DNA of 64,000 nucleotides from Thermodesulfobacteriota bacterium (GTDB lineage: Bacteria; Desulfobacterota_D; UBA1144; Nemesobacterales; JAJCZQ01). Where the stretch lies: positions 1,408,001 through 1,472,000 of the forward strand of contig CBDBDR010000017.1 in NCBI GenBank assembly GCA_965203965.1, read 5' to 3'. Below are positions 1 through 10,426 of this stretch, one piece after another. The notes under the pieces are model-generated. The model saw nothing but the letters and a program-made list of their open reading frames with translations. It was not told where the DNA came from and ran no database searches. The translations under genes were made by a program, and so were the position numbers. The first letter of the stretch is position 1, and every line of letters begins with the position of its first letter.

Positions 1-1
1 A

Positions 2-535
2 GTCCACAATCCCGATCAACTTCAGATAGTGAAGGAGCAGATAACAAAACTTCTACGCGTAAGCCACAATATCAGACCGGGTTACGAAGATGATTTTAAT
101 ATAAGAACCCAGGAAAACCAGATCAACACCATAAATAACGTGCTTGGTATAATGACCGTACTGCTTGCGAGTATCGCTTCAATTTCATTGGTAGTAGGTG
201 GAATTGGAATAATGAATATAATGCTTGTCTCCGTCAGTGAAAGAACAAGAGAAATAGGGATAAGAATGGCAGTTGGTGCCAGAGAGTTGGATATTCTTAA
301 ACAGTTTCTTGTTGAATCAATTTTACTCTCACTGTTGGGTGGTTTGATTGGAACGGCGCTTGGAATTGCTGTTTCAAACGTTGCATCCATAATAACAGGA
401 TGGCCTGTGCCGTTATCAATTTCCGCGATTCTATTATCGTTCTTTTTTGCCGCACTTGTGGGGGTCGTATTTGGTATCTACCCGGCAAGAAAAGCCTCTC
501 AGCTAAATCCGATTGAGGCACTGAGGTATGAGTAG
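2..535 (+). CDS. MacB/FtsX-family ABC transporter permease, 5'-partial
   Basis: IASISLVVGGIGIMNIMLVSVSERTREIGIRMAVGA and YPARKASQLNPIEALRYE motifs; frame open to window start. Confidence 0.9.
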   Translation, partial: VHNPDQLQIVKEQITKLLRVSHNIRPGYEDDFNIRTQENQINTINNVLGIMTVLLASIASISLVVGGIGIMNIMLVSVSERTREIGIRMAVGARELDILKQFLVESILLSLLGGLIGTALGIAVSNVASIITGWPVPLSISAILLSFFFAALVGVVFGIYPARKASQLNPIEALRYE

Positions 536-538
536 AAA

Positions 539-1651
539 GTGAAAATTATGGTGGTGACACCCCACCTTAATCTTGGGAACGGAGGTGGTTCGGAAAGGCA
601 AATAATAGAACTTACCAATGGACTGGTCGACAAAGGGCACAAGGTTATTGTATTACTGACGGATAGAAAAGGGGATTTAGTCTCCGAACTATCAAGTGAA
701 ATTGATGTCGTTTTCTATAGACCCGCCACAAATTTGTTTTCAAGACTTGTGTTGATATACAAAACTGCAAAGGTGCAAAAACCCGATATTCTTTACTCCA
801 GACTGTGGAGAACAAAACCGGCAACAGTGCTTGCGGGGAAAATTCTTGGCATAAAAACCGTTCTTGTTGAAGTCAATAACATTAATGCAAAGTTGAGTCT
901 ACAACTGTCTGTTATCAGAAAAGTAATGAAACTGGTAAAAGTTATTTGTTACAAAATGGCGGATTTGGTAATCACTCAATCTGAGGAAGGAAAAAAAGGC
1001 TTGTCCGACCTCGGAGTTGAAAACAAATCGCGGACGGTTCATAACGGCATAAACACTTATAGGATAGAGAAGCAGTCCAAAGAAAAAGTGTCGCACAACT
1101 GGTTTAACGATGACGTTCCTGTTGCAGTTGCAGTTGGCAGATTCAATCCGCAAAAGGGTTATGAAAACCTCATTGAGGCGATAAGTGTAGTAAATGAAAC
1201 GAGTCCTTTGAGGCTTTTAATAATAGGTGATGGACCGCTGAAAAACAAAATCGTAGGCAAAGCAGAGGAACTCGGAATAAAAGACAAAGTTGACTTTACG
1301 GGTTCCGTTTCCAACCCTCACAAATACACAGCAAAATGCGATATTTTTGTCTGTTCCTCTGTTTTTGAAGGATTTTCAAATTCACTGCTTGAGGCGATTG
1401 CTCTTGGTCTTCCCACGGTCAGCACCGACCACAAATTCGGAGCAAATGAGATGATAGAAAACGGCAAAAGTGGAATTCTTGTTCCTGTATCAGATCCCAA
1501 AGCAATGGCGGAAGCGATCTTACGGATACTGGAAGACGGAGAACTCCAAAAAACTCTTTCACACAATGCACAGGAAAGAGCACAAAACTTCACAATTCAA
1601 AAAACCGTCTCTGAATATGAAAAATTGTTTAGGGAAGTTGTTAGAGTTTGA
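539..1651 (+). CDS. Glycosyltransferase family 4
   Basis: GGSERQ N-terminal motif, VGRFNPQKG, EGFSNSLLEA. Confidence 0.9.
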   Translation: MKIMVVTPHLNLGNGGGSERQIIELTNGLVDKGHKVIVLLTDRKGDLVSELSSEIDVVFYRPATNLFSRLVLIYKTAKVQKPDILYSRLWRTKPATVLAGKILGIKTVLVEVNNINAKLSLQLSVIRKVMKLVKVICYKMADLVITQSEEGKKGLSDLGVENKSRTVHNGINTYRIEKQSKEKVSHNWFNDDVPVAVAVGRFNPQKGYENLIEAISVVNETSPLRLLIIGDGPLKNKIVGKAEELGIKDKVDFTGSVSNPHKYTAKCDIFVCSSVFEGFSNSLLEAIALGLPTVSTDHKFGANEMIENGKSGILVPVSDPKAMAEAILRILEDGELQKTLSHNAQERAQNFTIQKTVSEYEKLFREVVRV

Positions 1652-1660
1652 GGGAATTTG

Positions 1661-2983
1661 CTAACTGCTTTTTCCCTTTTCCCTTTTCTTTATATCTGCA
1701 AAAATAAAAATCCCGACTGGAACTATAGTCAAGGCAAGAACAAGTCTGGCAAAAGCAGCTCCTTCAAGCGAATAACGGGGAGCAAGCCAGAACAAAGCGC
1801 CCATGTAAATCAGCGAGGTAATAAGAGTAAAAGTCGTTCTGAACCATATTTTTCCAAGTGCAAGCAAAACTGCTCCCATCCAGAAGCCAAGTTTTAATAC
1901 AACCTCTGCGACAACAATAATCTTCATCGCAGTTGCTGCCGAGACATATTCAGCCCCGTAAAAGATTTCTATAATTTGTTCGGCAAATATAAAAAACATG
2001 ACTCCTGCCGGGATAAAAAACTTCGCCAGAAACTTGATTGCATATGAAACGAGTTGTCTGAAGTCGCGGTAGGAACCCTGTTCTTCGAGACTTACAAGCG
2101 CGGGATATATTGCCCGGTGGGCAGGATCGCTTAATTTTCCTAAAACATTTGTAAAACTGTTTGCCACTTTGTAAAGTCCCGCGACTTCACTTGTAAAAAA
2201 ATACCCGAGTGTCAGTATTGGAACTTCTCTGTTAAACACTCTTTTTGCAACTGAGGAGGCAGTTGAATTCAAAATAAAAATCATAACATTTCGGATTTCA
2301 GCATACATGGGTTTGATGCTTTCCCTGAACCACAAGGACATTTCCTGTTTTTTCAAAGCCCTGTTCACAAAAAATTGAAGGGCGACAAAGTTCACAAACA
2401 TTGCCCCCGCATAACCTACAAGAGCGCCTTTTATTCCAAATCCGGTGACAAGAGCGATGGCGACAAAAGTAACCCTCGCGGCAACGGCAGATACATCAAC
2501 AAGGGCGACAATTGTAAACTTGTTGAAAATTTCCAGTATTGACCTTGAGGTTGTGTTGACGGTGCCAATCAGAAGAGTGAAAGAGTATATAAAAATCAGT
2601 TCAAAGGTGTTTTCGGACTTAATGAAAAAGCTGTTTGCTATTTCTGCAAGCAAAAGCGTAGCAAAAAAAGCAACAATCCCCATGAAAAAATCTATTAGAT
2701 AGAAAAATTTGATGAAAGAAACGGTTTTTTTCTTGTCCTTTTTTTCCCAATAACGCCCGACATATTTGACAACTGCTTCGCTAACCTTGAAATCCAGAAA
2801 GTCTTTAATAATCTTCACATAAGCCGTAATAACTGACAAAAGACCGAATATCTCCGGTCCGAGAAAACGGGCGAGCAACACGACTTCTGCCATTGCGAAA
2901 ACGGAGGCTCCCGTTTTGCCACTGAAAAGCCATGATACATTTTTGAGAAAGTTCTTTTTTTCAGCAGACGATCTTGCCGGCAT
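1661..2983 (-). CDS. Wzx-like polysaccharide flippase
   Basis: Many TM segments, FLKNVSWLF...LARFLGPEIFG pattern, lies between two GT4 genes. Confidence 0.8.
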   Translation of the reverse strand: MPARSSAEKKNFLKNVSWLFSGKTGASVFAMAEVVLLARFLGPEIFGLLSVITAYVKIIKDFLDFKVSEAVVKYVGRYWEKKDKKKTVSFIKFFYLIDFFMGIVAFFATLLLAEIANSFFIKSENTFELIFIYSFTLLIGTVNTTSRSILEIFNKFTIVALVDVSAVAARVTFVAIALVTGFGIKGALVGYAGAMFVNFVALQFFVNRALKKQEMSLWFRESIKPMYAEIRNVMIFILNSTASSVAKRVFNREVPILTLGYFFTSEVAGLYKVANSFTNVLGKLSDPAHRAIYPALVSLEEQGSYRDFRQLVSYAIKFLAKFFIPAGVMFFIFAEQIIEIFYGAEYVSAATAMKIIVVAEVVLKLGFWMGAVLLALGKIWFRTTFTLITSLIYMGALFWLAPRYSLEGAAFARLVLALTIVPVGIFIFADIKKREKGKSS

Positions 2984-3179
2984 TTTTTCTCTCCGCGTTT
3001 GCCCGACTCATAATTTCTTCTGCCATAGTTTTACGCACTGTGGCTTTTCACACACTCGTATGCTTGTTGAGAAAGCTGTAACAAGGTTGTCTTGAGGTCA
3101 TTTTATAGTTCTTTTTTACAGTGATCAACCGTGTCGTAACTATCTTTTTCATTAAGAGATATATCCCGGGAAAAACATT

Positions 3180-4373
3180 TCACAGAAGAGAATTCATAAA
3201 ATCTTCAACATTTGCAGCTCTCGCATCCCAACTGTACTCGTCAACCTGTTTAAGGGCGTTTTTGGATATAGAACTTGCAAACATCTTGTTTTCCAAACAT
3301 TTTGTTATACCTTTGGCAAATAAATACGGATTATCAGGTGGAACTAGAACGCTGTTTTGTTCGGATAAAATCTCCCTGATAATGGGAATATCACTTGAAA
3401 CAATAGGATTTCCCGAAGCCATATATTCAAACATCTTAATTGGAGAAGCATTCTGTCGCAGGTCCCATTGCTGCGAATATGGCATTGCGAGAACATCTGC
3501 GATCAATTGATACATGGGAATCTGAGATAACGGCTTGTGCCCCTCAATTTTCACTCTGTTTTGCAGTCCGTGGTTTTCAACTAGTCTGTTCAAGCGTTTC
3601 ATATCTTTTGGTAGACAACCAACGATCAAAACCAGCGTGGAATCGCGGAGAAATTTGGCGCTTTCAATCAAGGTTTCCGCACCCCTTCCCTCGTATGGCT
3701 TTCCGGTATAGACAACAAGACTTTCCGTGGATGGAATGGAAAGTTCCTTTCTGATTTGCTCTTTGGAAATCTCCCCCTTTTTTTTATAAGGACGTGTGTC
3801 AACACCGCTTGGAGCCACAAGAATTTTTTCCGAAGGCAAACCAGCATCGGTCAGATGTTGTTGCAACCATTTCGTTATAACGATAATACCCTTCATCTCT
3901 TTCAGACAATCAACCTCTTTCGCGGATTTGATCGGGTTGTGAACCTCACAGAAAAAAGGCGCCTTGTGTCTGCAAGCGTGAAACGCCATCCGTTTACCGG
4001 TTGATGCCGTATATCTGTAGTAAACAACGGATTGTTTTGAAGATATTTTTTTTGAAAGTTGAAACAGTTCTCGTTCAAGAGAGATCCCATAAACAAAATC
4101 CAAACGGAACGGAAGAAAAGTTAGAGAGGGAATGGATTTGATATTCAAATCCTTTCTCAGTCCAAAATAATCTTTGATGTTCTCCGTAAAATCTCTTTCA
4201 TATTTTCTCAAAAGAAGTGTAACTTCCAGGCTCCTTGAAAGAGCGTCAATCATTTTCGCAATCGCTGCCTGATGGGCTCTCATGCCGGGAAATTCAGAGC
4301 GGTGAACATAGACCACTTTTTCTATGGAATTTTCCGCACCCTCTGGTATGTGTTGTTGAGAGACTGGCATCAT
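3180..4373 (-). CDS. Glycosyltransferase family 4
   Basis: PSGVD, SPIKMFEYMASGNPIVSSD, YSWDARA. Confidence 0.88.
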   Translation of the reverse strand: MMPVSQQHIPEGAENSIEKVVYVHRSEFPGMRAHQAAIAKMIDALSRSLEVTLLLRKYERDFTENIKDYFGLRKDLNIKSIPSLTFLPFRLDFVYGISLERELFQLSKKISSKQSVVYYRYTASTGKRMAFHACRHKAPFFCEVHNPIKSAKEVDCLKEMKGIIVITKWLQQHLTDAGLPSEKILVAPSGVDTRPYKKKGEISKEQIRKELSIPSTESLVVYTGKPYEGRGAETLIESAKFLRDSTLVLIVGCLPKDMKRLNRLVENHGLQNRVKIEGHKPLSQIPMYQLIADVLAMPYSQQWDLRQNASPIKMFEYMASGNPIVSSDIPIIREILSEQNSVLVPPDNPYLFAKGITKCLENKMFASSISKNALKQVDEYSWDARAANVEDFMNSLL

Positions 4374-4759
4374 TGAATCGGCAAAAATCTGAAAAAATAT
4401 GGTTTCCTGCTATTATATATTTAACTTTTATATATCCAATTTTATCTTTCTCTAAAAAACTGTTGGAGAATGGGTTGAACCTAAACATCTTGCAATTCTG
4501 AATGAAGACCTTATTGAAATGGAATCTTTTGGTGTTTCAAATGTGGAAAGAAAAGTGGATGTAAAAAAGGTTGGACTTGATGATAAGACAAAAAGGAATT
4601 GAGTTAATATACTGGGGAAAACACTTACCTACTCTCAATCCATTAATGAGTCATATACATTGAGCAAAAGACTCGTTCCCTTTGCCCTTTTTATCTGTCA
4701 ACTGTGTGATACAATGCTAAAGTTATACCATAAGGTTTCAGTTCGTAAACGGTATTGTA

Positions 4760-5638
4760 TTGAGAATGAACTTATTACTGATAGATTTTGAAAAATTCCT
4801 GAAGTATGAAAAAAACTATTCTGAACACACGATCCGTGCGTATAGGAATGACCTCGGTGATTTTTTAGCTTTCTTGGAAAAGCGTTCTGTTTACCTTAAT
4901 GACGTCAGCACGAAAGAAATTAAACTGTATTTGCTTTTGCTTCATGATAAAAATTCCAAGTCAACCGTTTCAAGAAAGCTCACCACGTTGAGGTCTTTCT
5001 TTGACTTTCTTGTGAGGAAAAAATTATTTAATAATAATCCCGCAAAGCTGATCCCTCTTCCAAAGAAAGAAAAGAAACTCCCGGTTTTTCTATCAGTGGA
5101 TGAAGCGTTTACGCTTGTTGATTCGGTAAAGCAGGAAGACGTTCTGTCTAAAAGGAACAAAGCTATATTGGAACTTCTTTATTCCACCGGTATTAGGGTC
5201 AGTGAACTGTCTAATATAAAAATCCTTGAAATTGATATGTTTCGGAGTGTAATAAAAGTTATGGGAAAAGGCAGAAAGGAAAGAATGGTTCCTTACGGTT
5301 CAAAAGCAGGTGATTCCATCCGCGGTTATCTTGAGTTACGATCCGAGTTAAAACCAAAGGAGGACTATTTTTTTCTGAATAGACGGGGAACTAGGCTTTT
5401 GCCGAGAAGTATTGAAAGGGTAGTTAAAAAATATGGAGTTCTGTGTGGTATCTCAAAAAAGATCAGTCCCCACTCTATCAGACACACATTTGCGACTCAT
5501 CTGCTCGGTAACGGTGCTGACTTGAGGTCAATACAGGAATTATTAGGTCACTCAAGCCTTTCAACGACCCAGAAATACACCCACACGTCTGTTGAAAAGT
5601 TAATGAACATATATGATAAAACGCATCCGAGAGCATAG
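4760..5638 (+). CDS. xerC: Tyrosine recombinase XerC
   Basis: [46 protein letters not shown] end; upstream of hslVU. Confidence 0.88.
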   Translation: MRMNLLLIDFEKFLKYEKNYSEHTIRAYRNDLGDFLAFLEKRSVYLNDVSTKEIKLYLLLLHDKNSKSTVSRKLTTLRSFFDFLVRKKLFNNNPAKLIPLPKKEKKLPVFLSVDEAFTLVDSVKQEDVLSKRNKAILELLYSTGIRVSELSNIKILEIDMFRSVIKVMGKGRKERMVPYGSKAGDSIRGYLELRSELKPKEDYFFLNRRGTRLLPRSIERVVKKYGVLCGISKKISPHSIRHTFATHLLGNGADLRSIQELLGHSSLSTTQKYTHTSVEKLMNIYDKTHPRA

Positions 5639-5651
5639 CGAGGGAACTGGT

Positions 5652-6185
5652 ATGGAAATTTTTCATGGAACCACGATCGTTTGTGTAAAAAAGAATTCAA
5701 AAGTTGCACTTGGCGGTGACGGGCAGGTTACCCTGGGTGATACTGCCGTCAAACATTCGGCAAAGAAGGTCAGAAAAATATATGAAGACAAAGTGTGTAT
5801 AGGTTTTGCCGGATCAACTGCAGACGCTATCACACTTTTTGACAAATTTGAGTCAAAACTTCAGGAATTCAGAGGTAATCTCAAGCGCTCTGCCGTGGAG
5901 CTGGGCAGGGATTGGAGAACTGACAAAATCCTACGAAGGTTGGAAGCGCTGCTTATAGTTGCAGATAAAAAATATATGTTCCTAATATCCGGTAGTGGTG
6001 ACGTCATAGAGCCTGATGACAACGTATTGGCTATAGGCTCGGGTGGCTCTTACGCAAAAGCGGCGGCAAAAGCTCTTTCTAAATTTTCCGACCTGGAGCC
6101 GGAAGATATTGTAAGGGAATCTCTTGAGATAGCTTCTGAAATATGTATTTATACAAATAACAATATTACAATTGAGGTTATATAA
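5652..6185 (+). CDS. hslV: ATP-dependent protease subunit HslV
   Basis: [34 protein letters not shown]. Confidence 0.95.
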   Translation: MEIFHGTTIVCVKKNSKVALGGDGQVTLGDTAVKHSAKKVRKIYEDKVCIGFAGSTADAITLFDKFESKLQEFRGNLKRSAVELGRDWRTDKILRRLEALLIVADKKYMFLISGSGDVIEPDDNVLAIGSGGSYAKAAAKALSKFSDLEPEDIVRESLEIASEICIYTNNNITIEVI

Positions 6186-6186
6186 G

Positions 6187-7545
6187 ATGTCTAAACAGCC
6201 ATTTTTTACCCCCCGGGAAGTTGTTTCAGAACTGGACAAATACATTGTCGGTCAAAATGATGCCAAGCGTGCAGTATCAATCGCACTCAGGAACCGATGG
6301 AGAAGGCAGCGTGTCCCCAAGGAATTAAGAGATGAAATTTCTCCTAAAAATATTTTAATGATCGGACCCACGGGCGTTGGAAAGACTGAAATTGCAAGAA
6401 GACTTGCCAAATTAGCTCAGGCTCCTTTTATAAAAATTGAGGCTTCAAAGTTTACCGAAGTTGGCTACGTGGGCAGGGATGTTGAATCTATGATACGTGA
6501 TCTGACGGAGATCGCGATAAAAATGGTTGCCGATGAAGAAATTGTCAGGGTCAGAATAAAAGCGGAGGAACTTGCTGAAGAGAGGCTGCTGGACGTTTTG
6601 CTACCCCCAATTCCCAGTGCTTCTTCTCCTGATAACAAAAATGAGGAAGATAAGGCACCTGAAAAAACCGAAAACACTCGAGAAAAACTGAGAAAGCGGC
6701 TTATAAAGGGAGAGTTGGATGAAAGATTGGTGGAAGTTGAGGTAACGGCAAGGAACAGTCCAATACAGGTGTTCAGTACCTCTGGCATTGAGGAGATGGA
6801 TGTCAACCTATCGGATATGCTGGGAAATCTCATTCCGAAAAAGACAAAAAGAAGAAAAGTTAAAATTCCCGAGGCTATGGAAATATTTACTCAGGAAGAG
6901 TCCCAAAAGTTGGTGGATATGGATAACGTTGTCAAGACGGCGATAGGAAGAGTAGAAGAGTCAGGGATCGTGTTTATTGATGAAATTGATAAAATCGCAG
7001 GCAAGGAAAGTGGAGCGGGACCGGACGTGTCAAGAGAAGGGGTACAGAGAGATCTACTACCGATCATAGAAGGCTGCACCGTAAACACAAAACATGGAAT
7101 GGTAAGAACTGACCATATTTTATTCGTAGGCGCGGGTGCATTTCATGTTTCAAAGCCATCCGATCTTATCCCAGAATTGCAGGGAAGATTTCCTATTAGA
7201 GTGGAGCTTGAAGCATTGAAAAAAGATGATTTTATATCAATTCTGACTGAGCCCAAAAACGCACTCACAAAACAGTATATAGAGCTTATGAAGACTGAGA
7301 ACATAAAACTCGTTTTTTGGGATGACGGTGTTGAAGAGATAGCCGAGGCGGCAACGTTTGTTAATGATTCAACTGAAAATATTGGTGCGAGAAGACTTCA
7401 TACCATTCTTGAAAAGCTCTTGGACGAGGTGTCATTTAACGCACCTGAGATGATCAACAAAGTTGTAGATATTGATTCAAAATACGTATCGGACAGGATT
7501 TCCGATATATTACAGGACAGGGATTTGAGCAGGTATATACTATGA
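6187..7545 (+). CDS. hslU: ATP-dependent protease ATPase HslU
   Basis: [42 protein letters not shown]. Confidence 0.97.
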   Translation: MSKQPFFTPREVVSELDKYIVGQNDAKRAVSIALRNRWRRQRVPKELRDEISPKNILMIGPTGVGKTEIARRLAKLAQAPFIKIEASKFTEVGYVGRDVESMIRDLTEIAIKMVADEEIVRVRIKAEELAEERLLDVLLPPIPSASSPDNKNEEDKAPEKTENTREKLRKRLIKGELDERLVEVEVTARNSPIQVFSTSGIEEMDVNLSDMLGNLIPKKTKRRKVKIPEAMEIFTQEESQKLVDMDNVVKTAIGRVEESGIVFIDEIDKIAGKESGAGPDVSREGVQRDLLPIIEGCTVNTKHGMVRTDHILFVGAGAFHVSKPSDLIPELQGRFPIRVELEALKKDDFISILTEPKNALTKQYIELMKTENIKLVFWDDGVEEIAEAATFVNDSTENIGARRLHTILEKLLDEVSFNAPEMINKVVDIDSKYVSDRISDILQDRDLSRYIL

Positions 7546-7881
7546 CCTTTACAGTGCAGTATTAAATTCTTTTTTCAATCAACATTTTCAACCCGATTAT
7601 TGGTCTGAGTGTTATTGTAGGTTTAAGTTTAGCTATAAAGTCGGGTATCAGTTTCCACTTTGATTGCTTAATTCAATCCGATAGATCCAATGAAGTCGGT
7701 ATGCTCTCAACTATCACCGGGGGATCGATCAAGGTTCTTCTATTCCTTGAAAATCAACCATTAATGCGTAAAATCAGACCCCAGTTATTATCAGGTGAGA
7801 GATGTTCCAAACGGAAAAAATTTTTCACAATTTAACTTGAATGTAACAGTCAAACTCAAATCAAAAAACGGGAGAAGGTTA

Positions 7882-8679
7882 ATGAACAATAACTCATTAA
7901 AAGATAAATGGGCTTTAGTATTAGGATCATCAAGCGGTTTTGGCGAGGCAATAAGCATATCACTGGCAAAAGCCGGTATGAATATTTTTGGTGTTCATCT
8001 GGACAGGAGAAGCACGCTTGACAAAGTGGAAGAGGTGAAGAAAAACATTGAATCTGAAGGTGGGCAGGCAATTTTTTTCAATGCGAATGTGTCAGATGAG
8101 GACAAGCGTAAAGATATCATTGGAACAATAAAACAAACAACCGGGGAAAAAAACTCAGTAAAGATACTTATACACTCGGTTGCATTTGGGACTTTGAAAA
8201 ACTACGTTGCGGATGATGAAAACCTTATGTTGAATAGGAAGAACATTGATATGACGCTTGACGTCATGGCAAATACTATTATTTACTGGACGCAAGATTT
8301 GGTAAGGGAAAAGCTCATGCGACAAGGTGGAAGGGTTTTTGCAATGACAAGTTCCGGCAGCCATAGGGTGTGGCCAACTTATGGGGCAGTGTCTGCTGCA
8401 AAGGCTGCCATTGAAGCTCATATAAGGCAGCTTGCCGTGGAGCTTGCACCTTATGGAATAACTGCAAATTCTATCAGGGCAGGAGTTACCGATACACCGG
8501 CACTCAGAAAGATACCCGGCAATGATGCCCTTGTAGAGCATGCGTTAAAAGCAAATCCAAGTGGAAGATTGACGACCCCACAAGACGTTGCAAAAGCAGT
8601 TGTATTGTTGTCAAACGACGATGCACAGTGGATAACTGGTAACGTAATTGGCGTAGACGGTGGAGAAGACCTTATATGA
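7882..8679 (+). CDS. SDR oxidoreductase, FabL-like enoyl-ACP reductase
   Basis: GSSSGFG, YGAVSAAKAA, ITGNVIGVDGG. Confidence 0.75.
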   Translation: MNNNSLKDKWALVLGSSSGFGEAISISLAKAGMNIFGVHLDRRSTLDKVEEVKKNIESEGGQAIFFNANVSDEDKRKDIIGTIKQTTGEKNSVKILIHSVAFGTLKNYVADDENLMLNRKNIDMTLDVMANTIIYWTQDLVREKLMRQGGRVFAMTSSGSHRVWPTYGAVSAAKAAIEAHIRQLAVELAPYGITANSIRAGVTDTPALRKIPGNDALVEHALKANPSGRLTTPQDVAKAVVLLSNDDAQWITGNVIGVDGGEDLI

Positions 8680-8789
8680 TCTACCTTCAAACTTCATAAT
8701 ACTACTAATCAAGATAGTGTTTCCCGTTTTGTCACGTGGGATTAAGATATATTTTAAAGGAAAATTAAAGATAGTGCAGAGGTGAAAAA

Positions 8790-9740
8790 ATGGAAGCTAA
8801 TAAAGAAATAAAGGACAAATATAAAGTAGTTATCATGGGTTCCGGTCCCGCGGGATTGACGGCAGCACTTTACACTGCACGTGCCGATCTTGAGCCTATT
8901 GTATTTGAGGGTATGGAAGCTGGTGGTCAACTTACCCTGACAACGGAGGTTGAAAACTATCCGGGTTTTCCGCAAGGTATTCTCGGACCGGAGTTGATGG
9001 ACTCGATGAAGAAGCAAGCTGAACGGTTTGGTGCTCAATGCACGTTTGGCGAAGTTACAGACGTTGATCTTTCCAGTAGACCCTTCAGGATCACTACTAA
9101 TGCTAAGGAGATTCTTGCTGAAACATTCATAATTTCTTCCGGTGCTTCGGCAAGGATGCTTGGACTTGGATCTGAAAAAGAACTTTTGGGTTATGGTGTA
9201 TCAACCTGTGCGACATGTGATGGATTCTTTTTCAAGGACAAAGAAATAGTGGTTGTAGGTGGGGGAGACACTGCGATTGAAGAAGCTCTATTTCTTACCA
9301 AATTCGGGGTCAGGGTCAGAGTAATTCACAGAAGAGATGGACTGAGGGCATCAAGAATAATGCAGGACAGGGCATTTGCAAACAATAAAATTGAGTTTAT
9401 CTGGGACACCATAGTTGAGGAAATAATAGGTGATAAGCAGTCAGGTGTAAGAGGTATAAGGGTGAAAAATCTAAAGACGAGTGAGTCCAGCGAGTTATCC
9501 TGTCAGGGATTTTTTGTTGCGATCGGACACACTCCGAATACGAAGATATTTGAGGGTAAGCTCAACATGGATGAAAATGGCTATTTGATCACAAATGAAA
9601 GATCAACCCAGACGAATGTTCCGGGGGTTTTTGCAGCAGGGGACGTTCAGGATCACGTTTATAGGCAGGCAATTACTGCTGCCGGCACTGGGTGTATGGC
9701 AGCGATTGACGCGGAGAGGTTTTTGAGTGGGATTGAATAA
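8790..9740 (+). CDS. trxB: Thioredoxin reductase
   Basis: GSGPAG, CATCDGFF, GGGDTA, YRQAITAAGTG. Confidence 0.96.
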   Translation: MEANKEIKDKYKVVIMGSGPAGLTAALYTARADLEPIVFEGMEAGGQLTLTTEVENYPGFPQGILGPELMDSMKKQAERFGAQCTFGEVTDVDLSSRPFRITTNAKEILAETFIISSGASARMLGLGSEKELLGYGVSTCATCDGFFFKDKEIVVVGGGDTAIEEALFLTKFGVRVRVIHRRDGLRASRIMQDRAFANNKIEFIWDTIVEEIIGDKQSGVRGIRVKNLKTSESSELSCQGFFVAIGHTPNTKIFEGKLNMDENGYLITNERSTQTNVPGVFAAGDVQDHVYRQAITAAGTGCMAAIDAERFLSGIE

Positions 9741-9846
9741 AGAATTTAACAAGTTATTTGCACTCAAGCCAACAAGTTGACCCATCCCCCTTTCCCTCCT
9801 CGCTGGGTTTTCCCAAGGGGAGGGATTTTTTTAACCACCTTTTTTT

Positions 9847-9894
9847 AACCACCCCGTCAGGCTTTGCCTGCCACCCCTCCATAGGAGGGGAATT
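9847..9894 (+). repeat. 48-bp palindromic dispersed repeat, copy A
   Basis: AACCACCCCGTCAGGCTTTGCCTGCCACCCCTCCATAGGAGGGGAATT; near-identical copies at 10342, 31968 and inverted at 33000. Confidence 0.92.
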
Positions 9895-9997
9895 ATTTAA
9901 ACATCTACTCTTATTTGCAACTGCTAACTCACTGTATTTATTGCATTTTTTGCTATATCTCCATTTAAGACAAATGCGTTGTGCTTAAAGAGGGGAA

Positions 9998-10025
9998 TTG
10001 ACAAATTGCTTAAAGTTGCTAAACT
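9998..10025 (+). promoter_or_regulatory. Sigma70-type promoter of structured RNA 1
   Basis: TTGACA (9998-10003), 16-nt spacer, TGc-TAAACT (10020-10025). Confidence 0.7.
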
Positions 10026-10034
10026 TCAGGTTAA

Positions 10035-10157
10035 GTGTGTTGCGGCAAAAACTGCTCGGCGCAATAGCTGAGGGCATGCCTGATGCCCAATAAGTTCTGT
10101 AGGGGAGTTACCCGAGTCCCCCTCGCACACACAAGAGAGCGTCAGGGGCTCTCTTTT
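10035..10157 (+). ncRNA. Putative structured ncRNA 1 (tRNA-like fold plus kissing loop)
   Basis: Closing stem GTGTGT-T-GCG/CGCACACAC, GCAAAA, hairpins CTCGGC/GCTGAG, GGCA/TGCC, GGGGA/TCCCC, 3' hairpin GAGAGC/GCTCTC followed by a T tract. Confidence 0.6.
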
Positions 10158-10315
10158 AATTTCTGAATTTCTGACTTTAAATCTCTTATGCTTTCAAGCA
10201 CTTCTGCAAACTTTCTGTCTTGTTCAGCATTTTGCCGAGCAAATTCTATTTTTTGCTGAGCAGTAAGTTCTTCAATGTATTTTCTGAAGGATTTCAATTT
10301 TTGATCTCTTTCCAT
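10142..10315 (-). CDS. Small coiled-coil-like ORF (57 aa, MERDQKLKSF...KLKESP)
   Basis: Translated by hand, below the ORF-track cutoff; no clear RBS. Confidence 0.35.
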   Translation of the reverse strand: MERDQKLKSFRKYIEELTAQQKIEFARQNAEQDRKFAEVLESIRDLKSEIQKLKESP

Positions 10316-10341
10316 TTATTTTCTAATTTTCTTGTTGTAGT

Positions 10342-10389
10342 AACCACCCCGTCAGGCTTTGCCTGCCACCCCTCCACAGGAGGGGAATT
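10342..10389 (+). repeat. 48-bp palindromic dispersed repeat, copy B
   Basis: Identical to copy C; its last TT overlaps the TTGACA -35 box of RNA 2. Confidence 0.92.
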
Positions 10390-10416
10390 GACAAATTGCT
10401 TGAAATTGGGTAGGTT
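10388..10416 (+). promoter_or_regulatory. Sigma70-type promoter of structured RNA 2
   Basis: TTGACA (10388-10393), 17-nt spacer, TAGGTT (10411-10416). Confidence 0.6.
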
Positions 10417-10426
10417 TTTGTTCAAA

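Noticed and set aside
4760..5638. Tyrosine recombinase as a prophage integrase
   Set aside because: Size, motifs and the xerC-hslV-hslU context indicate housekeeping XerC.
7546..7880. Long hslU-SDR intergenic region as a riboswitch or ncRNA
   Set aside because: Only weak inverted repeats and no motif I could recognise.
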